From Eledone cirrhosa (Eukaryota), in the NCBI GenBank assembly GCA_964016885.1, contig OZ024747.1, positions 186,001 through 250,000 of the forward strand: a stretch of 64,000 bases of DNA. The letters are read 5' to 3'. Both the position numbers and the translations under genes were made by a program. Positions 1-13,303 of the stretch are shown here, piece by piece. How positions within the stretch are numbered: the stretch's first letter is position 1; each line of letters starts with the position of its first letter. The notes beneath the pieces were generated by a model. That model was not told the DNA's origin, did not search any database, and saw only the letters and a list, made by a program, of their open reading frames with translations.

Positions 1-3000
1 GAGCAGTGTGGTGAGGATTGTGGTGTGTTAGAGCAGTGTGGTGAGGATTGTGTGGTGTTAGAGCAGTGTGGTGAGGATTGTGGTGTGAGGATTGTGTGGT
101 GAGGATTGTGTGGTGTTAGAGCAGTGTGGTGAGGATTGTGGTGTGTTAGAGCAGTGTGGTGAGGATTGTGGTGTGTTAGAGCAGTGTGGTGTGGTGTTAG
201 AGCAGTGTGGTGAGGATTGTGTGGTGTTAGAGCAGTGTGGTGAGGATTGTGTGGTGTTAGAGCAGTGTGGTGAGGATTGTGTGGTGTTAGAGCAGTGTGG
301 TGAGGATTGTGTGGTGTTAGAGCAGTGTGGTGAGGATTGTGGTGTGTCAGAGCAGTGTGGTGTGGTGTTAGAGCAGTGTGGTGAGGATTGTGTGGTGTTA
401 GAGCAGTGTGGTGAGGATTGTGTGGTGTTAGAGCAGTGTGGTGAGGATTGTGTGGTGTTAGAGCAGTGTGGTGAGGATTGTGGTGTGTTAGAGCAGTGTG
501 GTGAGGATTGTGTTTTGTTAGAGCAGTGTGGTGAGGATTGTGGTGTGTTAGAGCAGTGTGGTGAGGATTGTGTGGTGTTAGAGCAGTGTGGTGAGGATTG
601 TGTGGTGTTAGAGCAGTGTGGTGAGGATTGTGGTGTGTTAGAGCAGTGTGGTGAAGATTGTGGTGTGTTAGAGCAGTGTGGTGAGGATTGTGGTGTGGTG
701 TTAGAGCAGTGTGGTGAGGATTGTGTGGTGTATTAGAGCAGTGTGGTGAGGATTGTGTGGTGAGGATTGTGGTGTATTAGAGTAGTGTGCTGAGGATTGT
801 GTGGTGTTAGAGCAGTGTGGTGAGGATTGTGGTGTGTTAGAGCAGTGTGGTGAGGATTGTGTGGTGAGGATTGTGGTGTGTTAGAGCAGTGTGGTGAGGA
901 TTGTGTGGTGTTAGAGCAGTGTGGTGAGGATTGTGGTGTGTTAGAGTAGTGTGGTGAGGATTGTGTTTTGTTAGAGCAGTGTGGTGAGGATTGTGGTGTG
1001 TTAGAGCAGTGTGGTGAGGATTGTGTGGTGTTAGAGCAGTGTGGTGAGGATTGTGTGGTGTTAGAGCAGTGTGGTGAGGATTGTGGTGTGTTAGAGCAGT
1101 GTGGTGAGGATTGTGGTGTGTTAGAGCAGTGTGGTGAGGATTGTGTGGTGAGGATTGTGGTGTGTTAGAGCAGTGTGGTGAGGATTGTGGTGTATTAGAG
1201 CATCTAGGTGAGGATTGTGTGGTGTATTAGAGCAGTGTGGTGAGGATTGTGTGGTGTTAGAGCAGTGTGGTGAGGATTGTGGTGTGGTGTTAGAGCAGTG
1301 TGGTGAGGATTGTGCGGTGTTAGAGCAGTGTGGTGAGGATTGTGGTGTGGTGTTAGAGCAGTGTGGTGAGGATTGTGCGGTGTTAGAGCAGTGTGGTGAG
1401 GATTGTGTGGTGTTAGAGCAGTGTGGGGAGGATTGTGTGGAGTTAGATCAGTGTGGTGAGGATTGTGTGGTGTTAGAGCAGTGTGGGGAGGATTGTGGTG
1501 TGTTAGAGCAGTGTGGTGAGGATTGTGGTGTGTTAGAACAGTGTGGTGAGGATTGTGGTGTGTTAGAGCAGTGTGGTGAGGATTGTGGTGTGGTGTTAGA
1601 GCAGTGTGGTGAGGATTGTGTGGTGTATTAGAGCAGTGTGGTGAGGATTGTGTGGTGTTAGAGCAGTGTGGTGAGGATTGTGGTGTATTAGAGCAGTGTG
1701 CTGAGGATTGTGTGGTGTTAGAGCAGTGTGGTGAGGATTGTGGTGTGTTAGAGCAGTGTGGTGAGGATTGTGTGGTGAGGATTGTGGTGTGGTGTTAGAG
1801 CAGTGTGGTGAGGATTGTGTGGTGTATTAGAGCAGTGTGGTGAGGATTGTGTGGTGTTAGAGCAGTGTGGTGAGGATTGTGGTGTATTAGAGCAGTGTGC
1901 TGAGGATTGTGTGGTGTTAGAGCAGTGTGGTGAGGATTGTGGTGTGTTAGAGCAGTGTGGTGAGGATTGTGGTGTATTAGAGCATTTAGGTGAGGATTGT
2001 GTGGTGTATTAGAGCAGTGTGGTGAGGATTGTGTGGTGTTAGAGCAGTGTGGTGAGGATTGTGTGGTGTATTAGAGCAGTGTGGTGAGGATTGTGTGGTG
2101 TATTAGAGCAGTGTGGTGAGGATTGTGTGGTGTTAGAGCAGTGTGGTGAGGATTGTGTGGTGTTAGAGCAGTGTGGTGAGGATTGTGCGGTGTTAGAGCA
2201 GTGTGGTGAGGATTGTGGTGTGTTAGAGCAGTGTGGTGAGGATTGTGCGGTGTTAGAGCAGTGTGGTGTGGTGTTAGAGCAGTGTGGTGAGGATTGTGTG
2301 GTGTTAGAGCAGTGTGGTGAGGATTGTGGTGTGTTAGAGCAGTGTGGTGAGGATTGTGTTTTGTTAGAGCAGTTTGGTGAGGATTGTGGTGTGTTAGAGC
2401 AGTGTGGTGAGGATTGTGTGGTGTTAGAGCAGTGTGGTGAGGATTGTGTGGTGAGGATTGTGTGGTGTTAGAGCAGTGTGGTGAGGATTGTGGTGTGTTA
2501 GAGCAGTGTGGTGAGGATTGTGGTGTGTTAGAGCAGTGTGGTGAGGATTGTGGTGTGGTGTTAGAGCAGTGTGGTGTATTAGAGCAGTGTGGTGAGGATT
2601 GTGTGGTGTTAGAGCAGTGTGGTGAGGATTGTGGTGTATTAGAGCAGTGTGCTGAGGATTGTGTGGTGTTAGAGCAGTGTGGTGAGCATTGTGGTGAGGA
2701 TTGTGGTGTATTAGAGCAGTGTGCTGAGGATTGTGTGGTGTTAGAGCAGTGTGGTGAGGATTGTGGTGTGTTAGAGCAGTGTGGTGAGGATTGTGGTGTA
2801 TTAGAGCATTTAGGTGAGGATTGTGTGGTGTATTAGAGCAGTGTGGTGAGGATTGTGTGGTGTTAGAGCAGTGTGGTGAGGATTGTGGTGTGTTAGAGCA
2901 GTGTGGTGAGGATTGTGGTGTGGTGTTAGAGCAGTGTGGTGAGGATTGTGCGGTGTTAGAGCAGTGTGGTGAGGATTGTGGTGTGGTGTTAGAGCAGTGT

Positions 3001-5488
3001 GGTGAGGATTGTGCGGTGTTAGAACAGTGTGGTGAGGATTGTGTGGTGTTAGAGCAGTGTGGGGAGGATTGTGTGGAGTTAGATCAGTGTGGTGAGGATT
3101 GTGTGGTGTTAGAGCAGTGTGGGGAGGATTGTGGTGTGTTAGAGCAGTGTGGTGAGGATTGTGGTGTGTTAGAGCAGTGTGGTGAGGATTGTGTGGTGTT
3201 AGAGCAGTGTGGTGAGGATTGTGGTGTGTTAGAGCAGTGTGGTGAGGATTGTGTGGTGTTAGAGCAGTGTGGTGAGGATTGTGGTGTGTTAGAGCAGTGT
3301 GGTGAGGATTGTGGTGTGTTAGAGCAGTGTGGTGAGGATTGTGTTTTGTTAGAGCAGTGTGGTGAGGATTGTGGTGTGTTAGAGCAGTGTGGTGAGGATT
3401 GTGTGGTGTTAGAGCAGTGTGGTGAGGATTGTGTGGTGTTAGAGCAGTGTGGTGAGGATTGTGGTGTGTTAGAACAGTGTGGTGAGGATTGTGGTGTGTT
3501 AGAGCAGTGTGGTGAGGATTGTGGTGTGGTGTTAGAGCAGTGTGGTGAGGATTGTGTGGTGTATTAGAGCAGTGTGGTGAGGATTGTGTGGTGTTAGAGC
3601 AGTGTGGTGAGGATTGTGGTGTATTAGAGCAGTGTGCTGAGGATTGTGTGGTGTTAGAGCAGTGTGGTGAGGATTGTGGTGTGTTAGAGCAGTGTGGTGA
3701 GGATTGTGTGGTGTTAGAGCAGTGTGGTGAGGATTGTGGTGTGGTGTTAGAGCAGTGTGGTGAGGATTGTGTGGTGTATTAGAGCAGTGTGGTGAGGATT
3801 GTGTGGTGTTAGAGCAGTGTGGTGAGGATTGTGGTGTATTAGAGCAGTGTGCTGAGGATTGTGTGGTGTTAGAGCAGTGTGGTGAGGATTGTGGTGTGTT
3901 AGAGCAGTGTGGTGAGGATTGTGGTGTATTAGAGCATTTAGGTGAGGATTGTGTGGTGTATTAGAGCAGTGTGGTGAGGATTGTGTGGTGTTAGAGCAGT
4001 GTGGTGAGGATTGTGTGGTGTATTAGAGCAGTGTGGTGAGGATTGTGTGGTGTATTAGAGCAGTGTGGTGAGGATTGTGTGGTGTTAGAGCAGTGTGGTG
4101 TTAGAGCAGTGTGGTGAGGATTGTGCGGTGTTAGAGCAGTGTGGTGAGGATTGTGGTGTGTTAGAGCAGTGTGGTGAGGATTGTGCGGTGTTAGAGCAGT
4201 GTGGTGAGGATTGTGGTGTGTTAGAGCAGTGTGGTGAGGATTGTGGTGTATTAGAGCAGCGTGATGAGGATTGTGGTGTGGTGTTAGAGCAGTGTGGTGA
4301 GGATTGTGTGGTGTTAGAGCAGTGTGGTGAGGATTGTGTGGTGTGTTAGAGCAGTGTGGTGAGGATTGTGGTGTGTTAGAGCAGTGTGGTGAGGATTGTG
4401 GTGTGGTGTTAGAGCAGTGTGGTGAGGATTGTGTGGTGTGTTAGAGCAGTGTGGTGAGGATTGTGCGGTGTTAGAGCAGTGTGGTGAGGATTGTGGTGTG
4501 GTGTTAGAGCAGTGTGGTGAGGATTGTGCGGTGTTAGAGCAGTGTGGTGAGGATTGTGTGATGTTAGAGCAGTGTGGGGAGGATTGTGTGGAGTTAGATC
4601 AGTGTGGTGAGGATTGTGTGGTGTTAGAGCAGTGTGGGGAGGATTGTGGTGTGTTAGAGCAGTGTGGTGAGTATTTTGTGCGGTGTTAGAGCAGTTTGGT
4701 GAGGATTGTGGTGTGTTAGAGCAGTGTGGTGAGGATTGTGGTGTGGTGTTAGAGCAGTGTGGTGAGGATTGTGTGGTGTTAGAGCAGTGTGGGGAGGATT
4801 GTGGTGTGTTAGAGCAGTGTGGTGAGGATTGTGTGGTGTGTTAGAGCAGTGTGGTGAGGATTGTGGTGTGTTAGAGCAGTGTGGTGAGGATTGTGGTGTG
4901 TTAGAGCAGTGTGGTGAGGATTGTGTGGTGTTAGAGCAGTGTGGTGAGGATTGTGTGGTGTTAGAGCAGTGTGGTGAGGATTGTGTGGTGTTAGAGCAGT
5001 GTGGTGAGGATTGTGTGGTGTTAGAGCAGTGTGCTGAGGATTGTGGTGTGTTAGAGCAGTGTGGTGTTAGAGGAGTGTGGGGAGGATTGTGGTGTATTAG
5101 AGCAGTGTGGTGAGGATGGTGGTGTGTTAGAGCAGTGTGGTGTGGTGTTAGAGCAGTGTGGTGAGGATTGTGTGGTGTTAGAGCAGTGTGGTGAGGATTG
5201 TGGTGTGGTGAGGATTGTGTGGTGTTAGAGCAGTGTGGGGAGGATTGTGGTGTGTTAGAGCAGTGTGGTGAGGATTGTGTGGTGAGGATTGTGGTGTGGT
5301 GTTAGAGCAGTGTGGTGAGGATTGTGTGGTGTTAGAGCAGTGTGGTTAGGATTGTGTGGTGTTAGAGCAGTGTGGTGTTAGAGCAGTGTGGGGAGGATTG
5401 TGGTGTGTTAGAGCAGTGTGGTGAGGATTCTGTGGTGTTAGAGCAGTGTGGTGAGGATTGTGCGGTGTTAGAGCAGTGTGGTGAAGAT
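1..5488. repeat. GT-rich minisatellite, ~30-bp unit GAGCAGTGTGGTGAGGATTGTGTGGTGTTA, upstream of the first visible NUP155 exon (presumably intronic); runs off the left edge
   Basis: Unit repeated directly with variants (TGTGGTG/TGGTGTG swaps, small indels); ends abruptly at about 5488. Confidence 0.98.
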
Positions 5489-5855
5489 TTATATTTTCTA
5501 ATACATTTTGCTTTTGTAAATAAAATGTATTTGTTATTACATGAAATTCCTATTTGCGCTTATGTGGGCTTGAAATGTTTTTGACACCAAAAAGTAGGCC
5601 ACAGGGAAGAAAATGTTGAGAAACACTGGTTTAAATGACACTTAAAACATTTTAAATATCAAAATATTAAAACTTCATAAATATATTCTCCACTCATGAG
5701 AATTTCAAAACTGCATCATCTAAAGAAAATGTGTTGATTAGCTGCCTCGGCTTATAAACAGGCTTTGGGTTTCTGCCTATTTCTCAGACATAACAGGGGT
5801 TGGTTTATTTGTGAGTATATACGGTAATTTCCATCTAGACTGTTCTTCATTACAG

Positions 5856-5957
5856 GTTGCTAAATTACAGATGATGGTTTACAATGCCTTCTGCACAATG
5901 CAACACAACAATAATGTTTTGCAAGCTTTGAATTCCGACCTTCTAGATATTTCAGCA
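5856..5957 (+). CDS. NUP155: Nucleoporin NUP155, internal exon (VAKLQMMVYNAFCTMQHNNNVLQALNSDLLDISA)
   Basis: tacAG acceptor, GTaagt donor, 102 nt, phase 0/0; resembles the recalled human NUP155 segment VARIQ...LDSELMDITK. Confidence 0.85.
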
Positions 5958-6139
5958 GTAAGTCTCTACTTAGCAATCTCTCTTTAACATACACACACAT
6001 ACACACACATTCTCTTTTTTTCTCTTTCTCACATACATAAACTGTCACTCTTTCTTGCTTTTTCTCTTTCTCTCTTTGTTTTCCCATATACATACTCCTC
6101 TTTCCCTCATTCAGTTATCTATATATCTCACCCTTTTAG

Positions 6140-6260
6140 CTATATGAAAAGTTTGCTGATCCATATGACCTGCACGAGTGTAAACTGGCCATTGTCCATT
6201 CTGCAGGCCTCTTTGACCCAGCTCTCATTGAGAATCTTTGGCAAAGCATTATAGATTCAG
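6140..6260 (+). CDS. NUP155: NUP155 exon ([40 protein letters not shown])
   Basis: ttttAG / GTaagt, 121 nt, phase 0/1; matches NUP155 [29 protein letters not shown]. Confidence 0.92.
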
Positions 6261-6689
6261 GTAAGTTTATATCCACTGAAACAATTAAACTAGGAGCCAA
6301 CAAGGAAGGCTTAACATGGTTTTCTAATGTGCTGAAAATAATAACCAAATTAATTCACCTTGTCAGCTTCAATAAAGAAGAAAAAGACAGATAATGTAGT
6401 TTCATGTACCACATAATTGCTGAAAGATAGAATCTGTGATGCTCCAAGTTAAAATGAAGTACTCAATTCAATTGTCTTTACCCTCCCCTCAAATTGTTGG
6501 CCTTGTGCCAAACACTCCAAATGAATCCAGCCAAAACTAGCTCTGATTCTATGAAACAAAACCATCCATTTTAAAGGTTTCCAATTTAAATTAAAATCTT
6601 CCAACATAATTTTATGATAAATAATTTTAATAAATCCCTCCAAATTCTTCATTAATTAATTAAAATAGTGTATTTCATTAGAAATGCAG

Positions 6690-8451
6690 TCATGAAAGGG
6701 TTAAATTTAGTGCCTACCTCAACGGACTGCCACGTCTCTTGGCCACTGAGGCCACGTAGTGTTGTGAAAAGCTGATAACAGCTGCTGAAGTATGGGGGCA
6801 ATGACTGGCTGCACGATGGGTAAATCGCCTGGTTTGGATAGTCTGCCCTACGAGCTTTACGTACATATACCAGAGTTGTTCGGCGACCTCTTGGTAGACA
6901 TCTACTGCAACTGGCAGCAGAACGGGAGAATTCCCAGCTCTGTGAGCCAAGGAGCAGTGGCGCTGCTGAGAAAGGACCCGAACGAGGGGGATAACATAGA
7001 TAATTCAGACCCATAACTGTGCTAAATGCAGAGTTCAAGATTTTTTGGAAAGGTGCTACCAAAGGGGTTGGCACTTGTCGTCGGTGGTCTAGTGGGAGAG
7101 GCACAGACATGCGTCATTCCAGACAGATCCATCCATGATAACCTCCACCTCTTGCGATACATCGTGGAGAGGGTAGCTAGGGAACCTGGGTGGGTCCTTG
7201 ATGAATTTAGATCAGTCAAAAGCTTTCAATAGGATCGACCATAGTTATCTGGCAGCCAGCTTTGGGCCCGTCTTCAGAAGCTGGATTGCTGCCATGCACT
7301 GCGACATCTGTTCTGTGGTGAGGGGTGTTCCGCACGAACTGGGATGTGGGGGAACCGTGTCATCATATGACGACAACATCACCATAGTGGTGTCGAGCGG
7401 CAAACGTACCGAGGCGATCGGCACTAAACTAAGAGAATACAAGGCGGTGACAGGAGCAATGATCAACCAAGAAAAGTCGGGGGGCCTGCGGCTCAGCACC
7501 TGGAGAGGCAGATCCTTGCCGTACAACAGCGTCATCGAGCACTGGACGGATGGACTGGCTAAATTGGTATGGGTCTGGTTTGGTCCGGACCTCCACACGG
7601 ACAAAAACTGGGATGAGGTAACAAGCAGGGTGGCACCTCTCACGCAGAAACGGGCTGAGAAGAAGCTATCCTTGGAAGGTTGAGCAGAGGTGGTGAACGC
7701 GTACGTCGCGTCCGTCATCTACTACTGCCTGATCGTTGTGCCTTGTCTTAAGCTTCGCCTGACTTCACTGGAGCATTTGCTCTTTCGTTTTTTGTGGAAG
7801 GGATGTGCTCCGATGGTCAGGCGGTCCATCTGCTGTCATCACCCGCTACACGGAGGGCTGGGCATACTGTGGCTGATGTACAGACATGCGCTCAGAGTAC
7901 AGCATCTCCACCGCTTCCTCGAGGGTGATCAGGTGTGGTCGTCGTTTGCTGACACGGATTTCCCCAGCTCTTCTCCTTGACGGAGCTGCAGTCCTGGGTC
8001 TTGTGAAGACTGAGAGGGAGCAGTTGGGTGATATGATTGGTGGAAACTCCACTTTGGCATTCTATAGAGGGTTAGTGGAGGAAAAGTGCAACAACGTCTT
8101 TGGGGAGACTCTGGGCGTCTATGAAAATCAACTAGCCAATCTCTTCGGGAGAACTTTCGGGCCTGGGCCTATGGACGTCTTCCAGAAATACCTGGCCTGG
8201 CAGTGATACCGAGGAGCTTTGCCAGTTCGAGATAAACTCTAAGGGCCTGTTCGAGATGTGCGCAGGGCGATGAAACCGTTCTGCATGCACTCTTCCAGTG
8301 TCCAAGCATTGCTGACTTGTGGGTTTATGTCGAACATTTGTTGTTGTGTATAGGACAGATCCGGTTATCGGCCGAGTCCATTGTGAACATTGTCCCGCCG
8401 CCCTCCTTTAACCAGGAGGGGCAGGCAGTTTTTATCTGCCTGGTGGCCATG
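6690..8451 (+). mobile_element. Degenerate, 5'-truncated Tx1/L1-clade LINE (RT plus C-terminal Zn knuckle)
   Basis: Frameshifted ORF pieces: KSPGLDSLPYELY, LDQSKAFNRIDH, YDDNIT, CxxC...ETVLHALFQC. Confidence 0.85.
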
Positions 8452-8627
8452 CTTTGAAGCATAGAGTTACCTCCCTTTATGATCTGAGTTCAAATCCTGC
8501 CGAGGTTAACTTTGCCTTTCATCCTTATGGGGTCGATAAAATAAAGTACCAGTAATACACTGGGATAATTGCTGGCCTTGTGCCTAAAGTAGAAACAATT
8601 GTTATTATTATTATTATTATTATTATT
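8447..8627 (+). mobile_element. 5'-truncated tRNA-derived SINE with (ATT)n tail
   Basis: B-box-like GAGTTCAAATCC, core GCCTTTCATCC..GGGGTCGATAAAATAAAGTACCAG; closely similar to the fuller copy at 46425-46610. Confidence 0.8.
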
Positions 8628-10745
8628 GTTCTTTGAGTCTCAGTCATTGATGTTAATTAACTGGAAAGTTTGTTGAAATGAATATCAAGCCACTACCTGC
8701 AGCCTCAGATATTCAGGACGTATCGGAGGGTTCTTGCTGTTCCCAGCAAGCGTGCCTTTTGAAGCGTTCCAAAAAGCGGGGCGGGGCCAATTTTCTTTAA
8801 CCATCCCTGGAAACTTTTTGAGTACCTAGTGCGCCTATGACAATCGGGATCACTTTGACTTCATGGCAGTTCCAAATCCTTTTTACCTCCCATTTTAAGT
8901 CCTGGTATCAGTTAATTTTCTCCCTCTCCTTCTCTTGCACTCTCGTGTCGAATGGGCAGGCCACATCCACAATCAGGCACTATCTTTTTTCCTTGTCCAA
9001 AACCACCAGGTCAGGTCTATTGTGTTCCAGTTTCTTGTCTGTCTGTATCCTAAAATCCCACAGCACCTTCACCTGATCGTTTTCTATCACCGACTCTGGC
9101 TTATGCTCATACCACTTCTCAGAATGTGGTAAATTGTTTACTTTGCATAGGTGCCAGTGGATCACCCTGCCCATCACATCATGTCTCCAGCCTTTATAGT
9201 GAGTCTGGGCTAGGTGTTTACACTCGGATTCAATGTGAGCCACAGTCTCCACAGATCCTGCACAGTGGGCTAGCCTCCTCCTTGTAAATATGGTGTTTCA
9301 ACCACTTCGTTTTGAGGGCCTGCTCTTGCACAGCCATTAGCATTCCTTCTGTAGCCTTTTTAAGGTCTCCTCTTTTCAACCAGTTCCATGTCTGTGGATC
9401 TCTGAATTCAGTTTTCTCAAAGAAGGTACTATGAAGGGATTTTTCATGAAGGCTGCTCTTTCTCCTTGTTATTTCCTCCTTGGACATCCCCTGGTCTATT
9501 GTCCTCTCCTTCAGTACAGTTCTGAGCATTGGCTCCTTACTATCAGTCACGTATTTGTGTAGGTTGTTTTTCTCCATCTGAACACAGTCCTCTATGCTGA
9601 TAAGACCTCTTCCACCTTTAGATCTCCTTAAGTAGAGTCTATCGACATCACTCCTCTTGTGGAACATGTAGATAGTCAATAGCTTCCTAGTCTTCCTATC
9701 CATTTCTTTTTGTTCAGCAACATTCCATCTCAGAATTCTCACACTGTACCTAATAATAGACACAGCTCGGGAATTTACTGCACTTATGGCATTCCTACTG
9801 TTCAGATGTGACTTTAATACGCTCCTTACTCTCCGAATGTATTCAGATCTTATCAATTCCTTCATTTTTTTGTTCTTGATGTCATCAGCCTCCAGAACAC
9901 CCAAATACTTGTATCCTTCTTCAGTGTCAATTTCCTTTATCATCTCACCTGTTGGTACCTGGATTCCGTTGCTTCTGCTCAATTTACCCCTCTTCATCAC
10001 AAGGACTCCACACTTACTAATACCAAATTGCATACATATATCATTTCTGAAAATACGGACAGTGTCAACAAGCACATCCAACTCCTTCTCACTTCCCGAA
10101 GAGCTTAAGATCGTCCATGAAGAGGAGGTGATTGATGGTAAGCTCTCCCTTTCCCAACTTGTATCCTGCTCTCACTTTTCGCAGTATAATGGTCAGGGGC
10201 ATCAGGGCAAGGACAAACAACAGAGGGGACAGACTATCTCCCTGGAAGGTACCTCTCTTGATCTTCACGCCTCCCAAGGATTCTCCAGCTGATGTTAACT
10301 CTGTTTTCCAGGACTTCATACTTTTGCCCAACAACTGTCTGATGTTATCTGCCACCTTGAAGATCTCTAGGCTTTTGGTGATCCAAGAATGAGGCACCAT
10401 GTCAAATGCCTTTTTGTAGTCTATCCATCCCATGGCAAGACCAGTGTGTCTCCTCTTGCAATCCCTCATTACCATCTTATCAATAAGTAACTGGTCCTTT
10501 GTACCTCGGGACTTCTTTTGACATCCTTTCTGTTCGTCCGGTAACAAGTTGTTTGTGTGGAGGTGATGGTAGATTTCCTCAGACATAATGCTTGTCAACA
10601 GTTTCCACATTACGGACAGACATGTGATAGGTCTATAGTTGGTAACATCATTACCCTTGATTCGGTCTTTCATTACCAGAACTGTGGTACCCTTTGTCAA
10701 CCACTCTGGTACCTCACCTGATATCAAGCAGTCATTGAACATGTT
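8628..10745 (-). mobile_element. 5'-truncated R4/Dong-type non-LTR retrotransposon (RT plus restriction-like endonuclease) flanked by (TAA)n
   Basis: RT motifs DYKKAFD, QGDSLSP, FMDDLKL; CxxC..ETVAHI..C, RHD, WDFRIQTD..HNRPD and terminal LQKARLLGTAR; TTA repeats on both sides. Confidence 0.88.
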
Positions 10746-10772
10746 TATTATTATTATTATTATTATTATTAT

Positions 10773-11300
10773 TTTAGCCGGGAAGGGCAGGCAGTTTTTA
10801 TCTGTCTGGTGGCCATGGCGAAAGAGATAGTATGGTGGACACGTTTGAAAGGGGTGAAGACGAGCACTTACCTCTTCGGTGATGCCCTGATTAACTTTTT
10901 CAAATTTCATTTGAAAAGGAAAATCAGGGTAGAGAGGGAAGTGCTCTCTTCCCAGCATTTTGTTGAAAGATGGGTGAGAGAGGCAAGAATGGCCCGAGTG
11001 AATGGGCCTACTCTGAGTATGTGTCTGTAAATTAAAGGTGGAAAACTGGGAGAGGGCACTTGCCCTGGTGGTCAGGGTCACTGTGGCTTTTTAATGGGCT
11101 TTCTCCACGAATGTCCCTCGGAAGTCTCACCCCTATTGGGGAATTTTTTCATTGTTCTATTATTACATCCTCTGTTTTTTGGGTTTTTTCACGCAGAAAT
11201 ACCCTTTTGTACCGTCCAGTATTGTCCTGTACTGTCCTTAATGTCTACTTTGTGTAAACCCTTGTGGTTAATAAAGAAAGCATTATTATTATTATTATTA
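10773..11300 (+). mobile_element. 3' end of the Tx1/L1-like LINE, ending AATAAAGAAAGC followed by (ATT)n
   Basis: Resumes with a near-copy of 8407-8451; ORF remnant [14 protein letters not shown]. Confidence 0.75.
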
Positions 11301-11329
11301 TCAGCAGTAGTAGTAGTTGTGATGGTGGT

Positions 11330-11540
11330 GGGTGGTGGATTGACAGGATCATTAGTGCAATGGGTGAAATATATTGTTTGATTATGACCCTCTACATTCT
11401 GAGGTCAAATCCTGCTGTCATCAGCTTTGCTTTTCATTCTTTTGGAATTGAGAAAATAAAGTATCAGTTAAATATTGGTGTCGATATAATCAACTTTTTC
11501 CTCAACACAAATTGCAGGCCCTGTGCCTAGATTAGAAATC
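11330..11540 (+). mobile_element. Diverged SINE copy
   Basis: TTCTGAGGTCAAATCC and TTTGCTTTTCATTC..GAAAATAAAGTATCAG, the same family motifs as 8447-8627. Confidence 0.6.
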
Positions 11541-12629
11541 ATTGTCATCGTTGTTAGTAGTAAGACTTTTGCATCACCAAAGATTGGGTCTTTGGATTTG
11601 CTTGTGTCACGTTCCTGATAGTAACAGGCGTTAATTTCACTCCATACCTTTAGTTTTACTGTAGTTAGTTGGCACTCTTATAGAGATGTGGTGGTACATT
11701 TTTATTTGATATAGTTGGACTGTGAAGAAAACATTGCAGGTGAGATTGTCTTACCTTCAAAATATGTAAACAATAACAATAATTAGACAAAAGTGATATA
11801 AACTATCAGACAGGGTTCTGAGGATTGATTGGAAAATTTTGCTAGATAAAGATTGATTAAAATTTATTGAATTTTGATTGGTCAATTCATCTGTATACCA
11901 TTTGTAAAGTCGATAGATAGGTAAATAGTCAGGTAACCAGACAGTGTTCCTGTGAGATGATTAAACTTCAATAATAAGATTATTAAACTACAGCCATCAC
12001 TTGCAATTGACAATGACATGGTTGCATATGCCATACTTTCACTAAGCGTTTTAGGTATCGATTGGATACCTTTTTAACCCCTTCATTCTTCACTCAGTGA
12101 GACATCTGGGGAGTGACAGCTAGAAGAGATGGCTGCACCAGTGCTTTCTTTGTTGACCCCAGAAGGATGAAAGTGAAGATAGACCTCAATGTGATTTGAA
12201 CTCAAGACACATAGAACCATAACATTGTAGCATAATCTATTGAACACTTTGATGACTGTGTCAATTAAACACCAATTTAGTAATAAAAATGGGATATTTG
12301 ACATAAACTGGTGTAAGTAAAATACTTGCAAGACATTTTGCCAGGCACTCTAATAATTCTGCTGTTTAATATTTTTCTATCTTAAATTGTTGTGAAAGTC
12401 TGAGTAGTTACTGTAAACTTTTTCAATGTAACTTATCTACTGACCCAATAAAACCTCAATTCAAAATATATAGTACATTGTAAATGTTATATATATAAAA
12501 TGTAGATATGACTGATACATGAATACATATGATAATTTATTCCCAATGTTAATGAAAAAAAATTGTAAATAATTAATGCGTGTTTATTATTTATAAATGT
12601 GTACGTGCTTTTCCTTTTCTTTATTCTAG

Positions 12630-12740
12630 CGATAGAGTCAGCTAAGAAAGCCTCCACTATCATAAATCCTGTGAATATATCCAACCAGCTACTTCCAATT
12701 GGCAAACAATATGTGTCTGCTGAACGTTACTTTCCACTTG
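12630..12740 (+). CDS. NUP155: NUP155 exon (IESAKKASTIINPVNISNQLLPIGKQYVSAERYFPL)
   Basis: Polypyrimidine tract plus AG, GTacgt donor, phase 1/1; GKxY...RYFPL matches NUP155 GKIY...RFFPL. Confidence 0.88.
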
Positions 12741-13303
12741 GTACGTTAAATAGAAAACCTCTAAAACATTGCTTTGTATAATTGCATATAGGTGCAGGGA
12801 TGGCTGTGTGGTTAACTAACTTCACCACCATATAGGTACAGGGGCAGTGTTTTTGTCCTTCACAGCTCCCCAAAATCAAAGCTGTGGGTGTTCTGCTTAA
12901 ACTGTTATAAATCCATTCCTTTTGGAAAGGCATGAACAGGGAGAGAGTTCCAGAGAATTGATATTGTGAACAAGAAGGGCGAGGGGTGGTGGAGGGTGAA
13001 CAGGAAGGGTTACAGGTGGTGGAGGATGAACATATGTCTGGTGAGAGAGAAGATATAAAAAAGGTTAAGTGAACTTTATCTTCCTGCTTACATCTCCCTA
13101 TTATCCCTTTCTAATCCTCTCCACTCCCTATTACCCTTTTCAAATCCTCTCCACATTGTGCATGTCTTTAAACTTTGGGTTTTTTTTTTAAATGCAGCCT
13201 TAAACTCCCATTATTTCATTACTGTTGAAAATGTACTATTTATTGTTGTTGGTTCTATAATCTCTTCTTTTTGTCTTTTTCTTCTTTCCATTCTACATAT
13301 CAG

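Noticed and set aside
1-5488. CRISPR-like array
   Set aside because: Units are contiguous with no unique spacers, there are no cas genes, and the context is eukaryotic.
92-5584. Cys-rich (LEQCGEDCVV)n ORFs resembling a metallothionein or structural protein
   Set aside because: These are translations of a 30-bp minisatellite. They shift frame repeatedly, mostly start at TTG/GTG rather than ATG, and show no splice or codon-level constraint.
10089-11081. 330-aa ORF as one protein with a poly-Ile tract
   Set aside because: Chance read-through from antisense Tx1 sequence across the (TAA)n tract into the R4/Dong RT.
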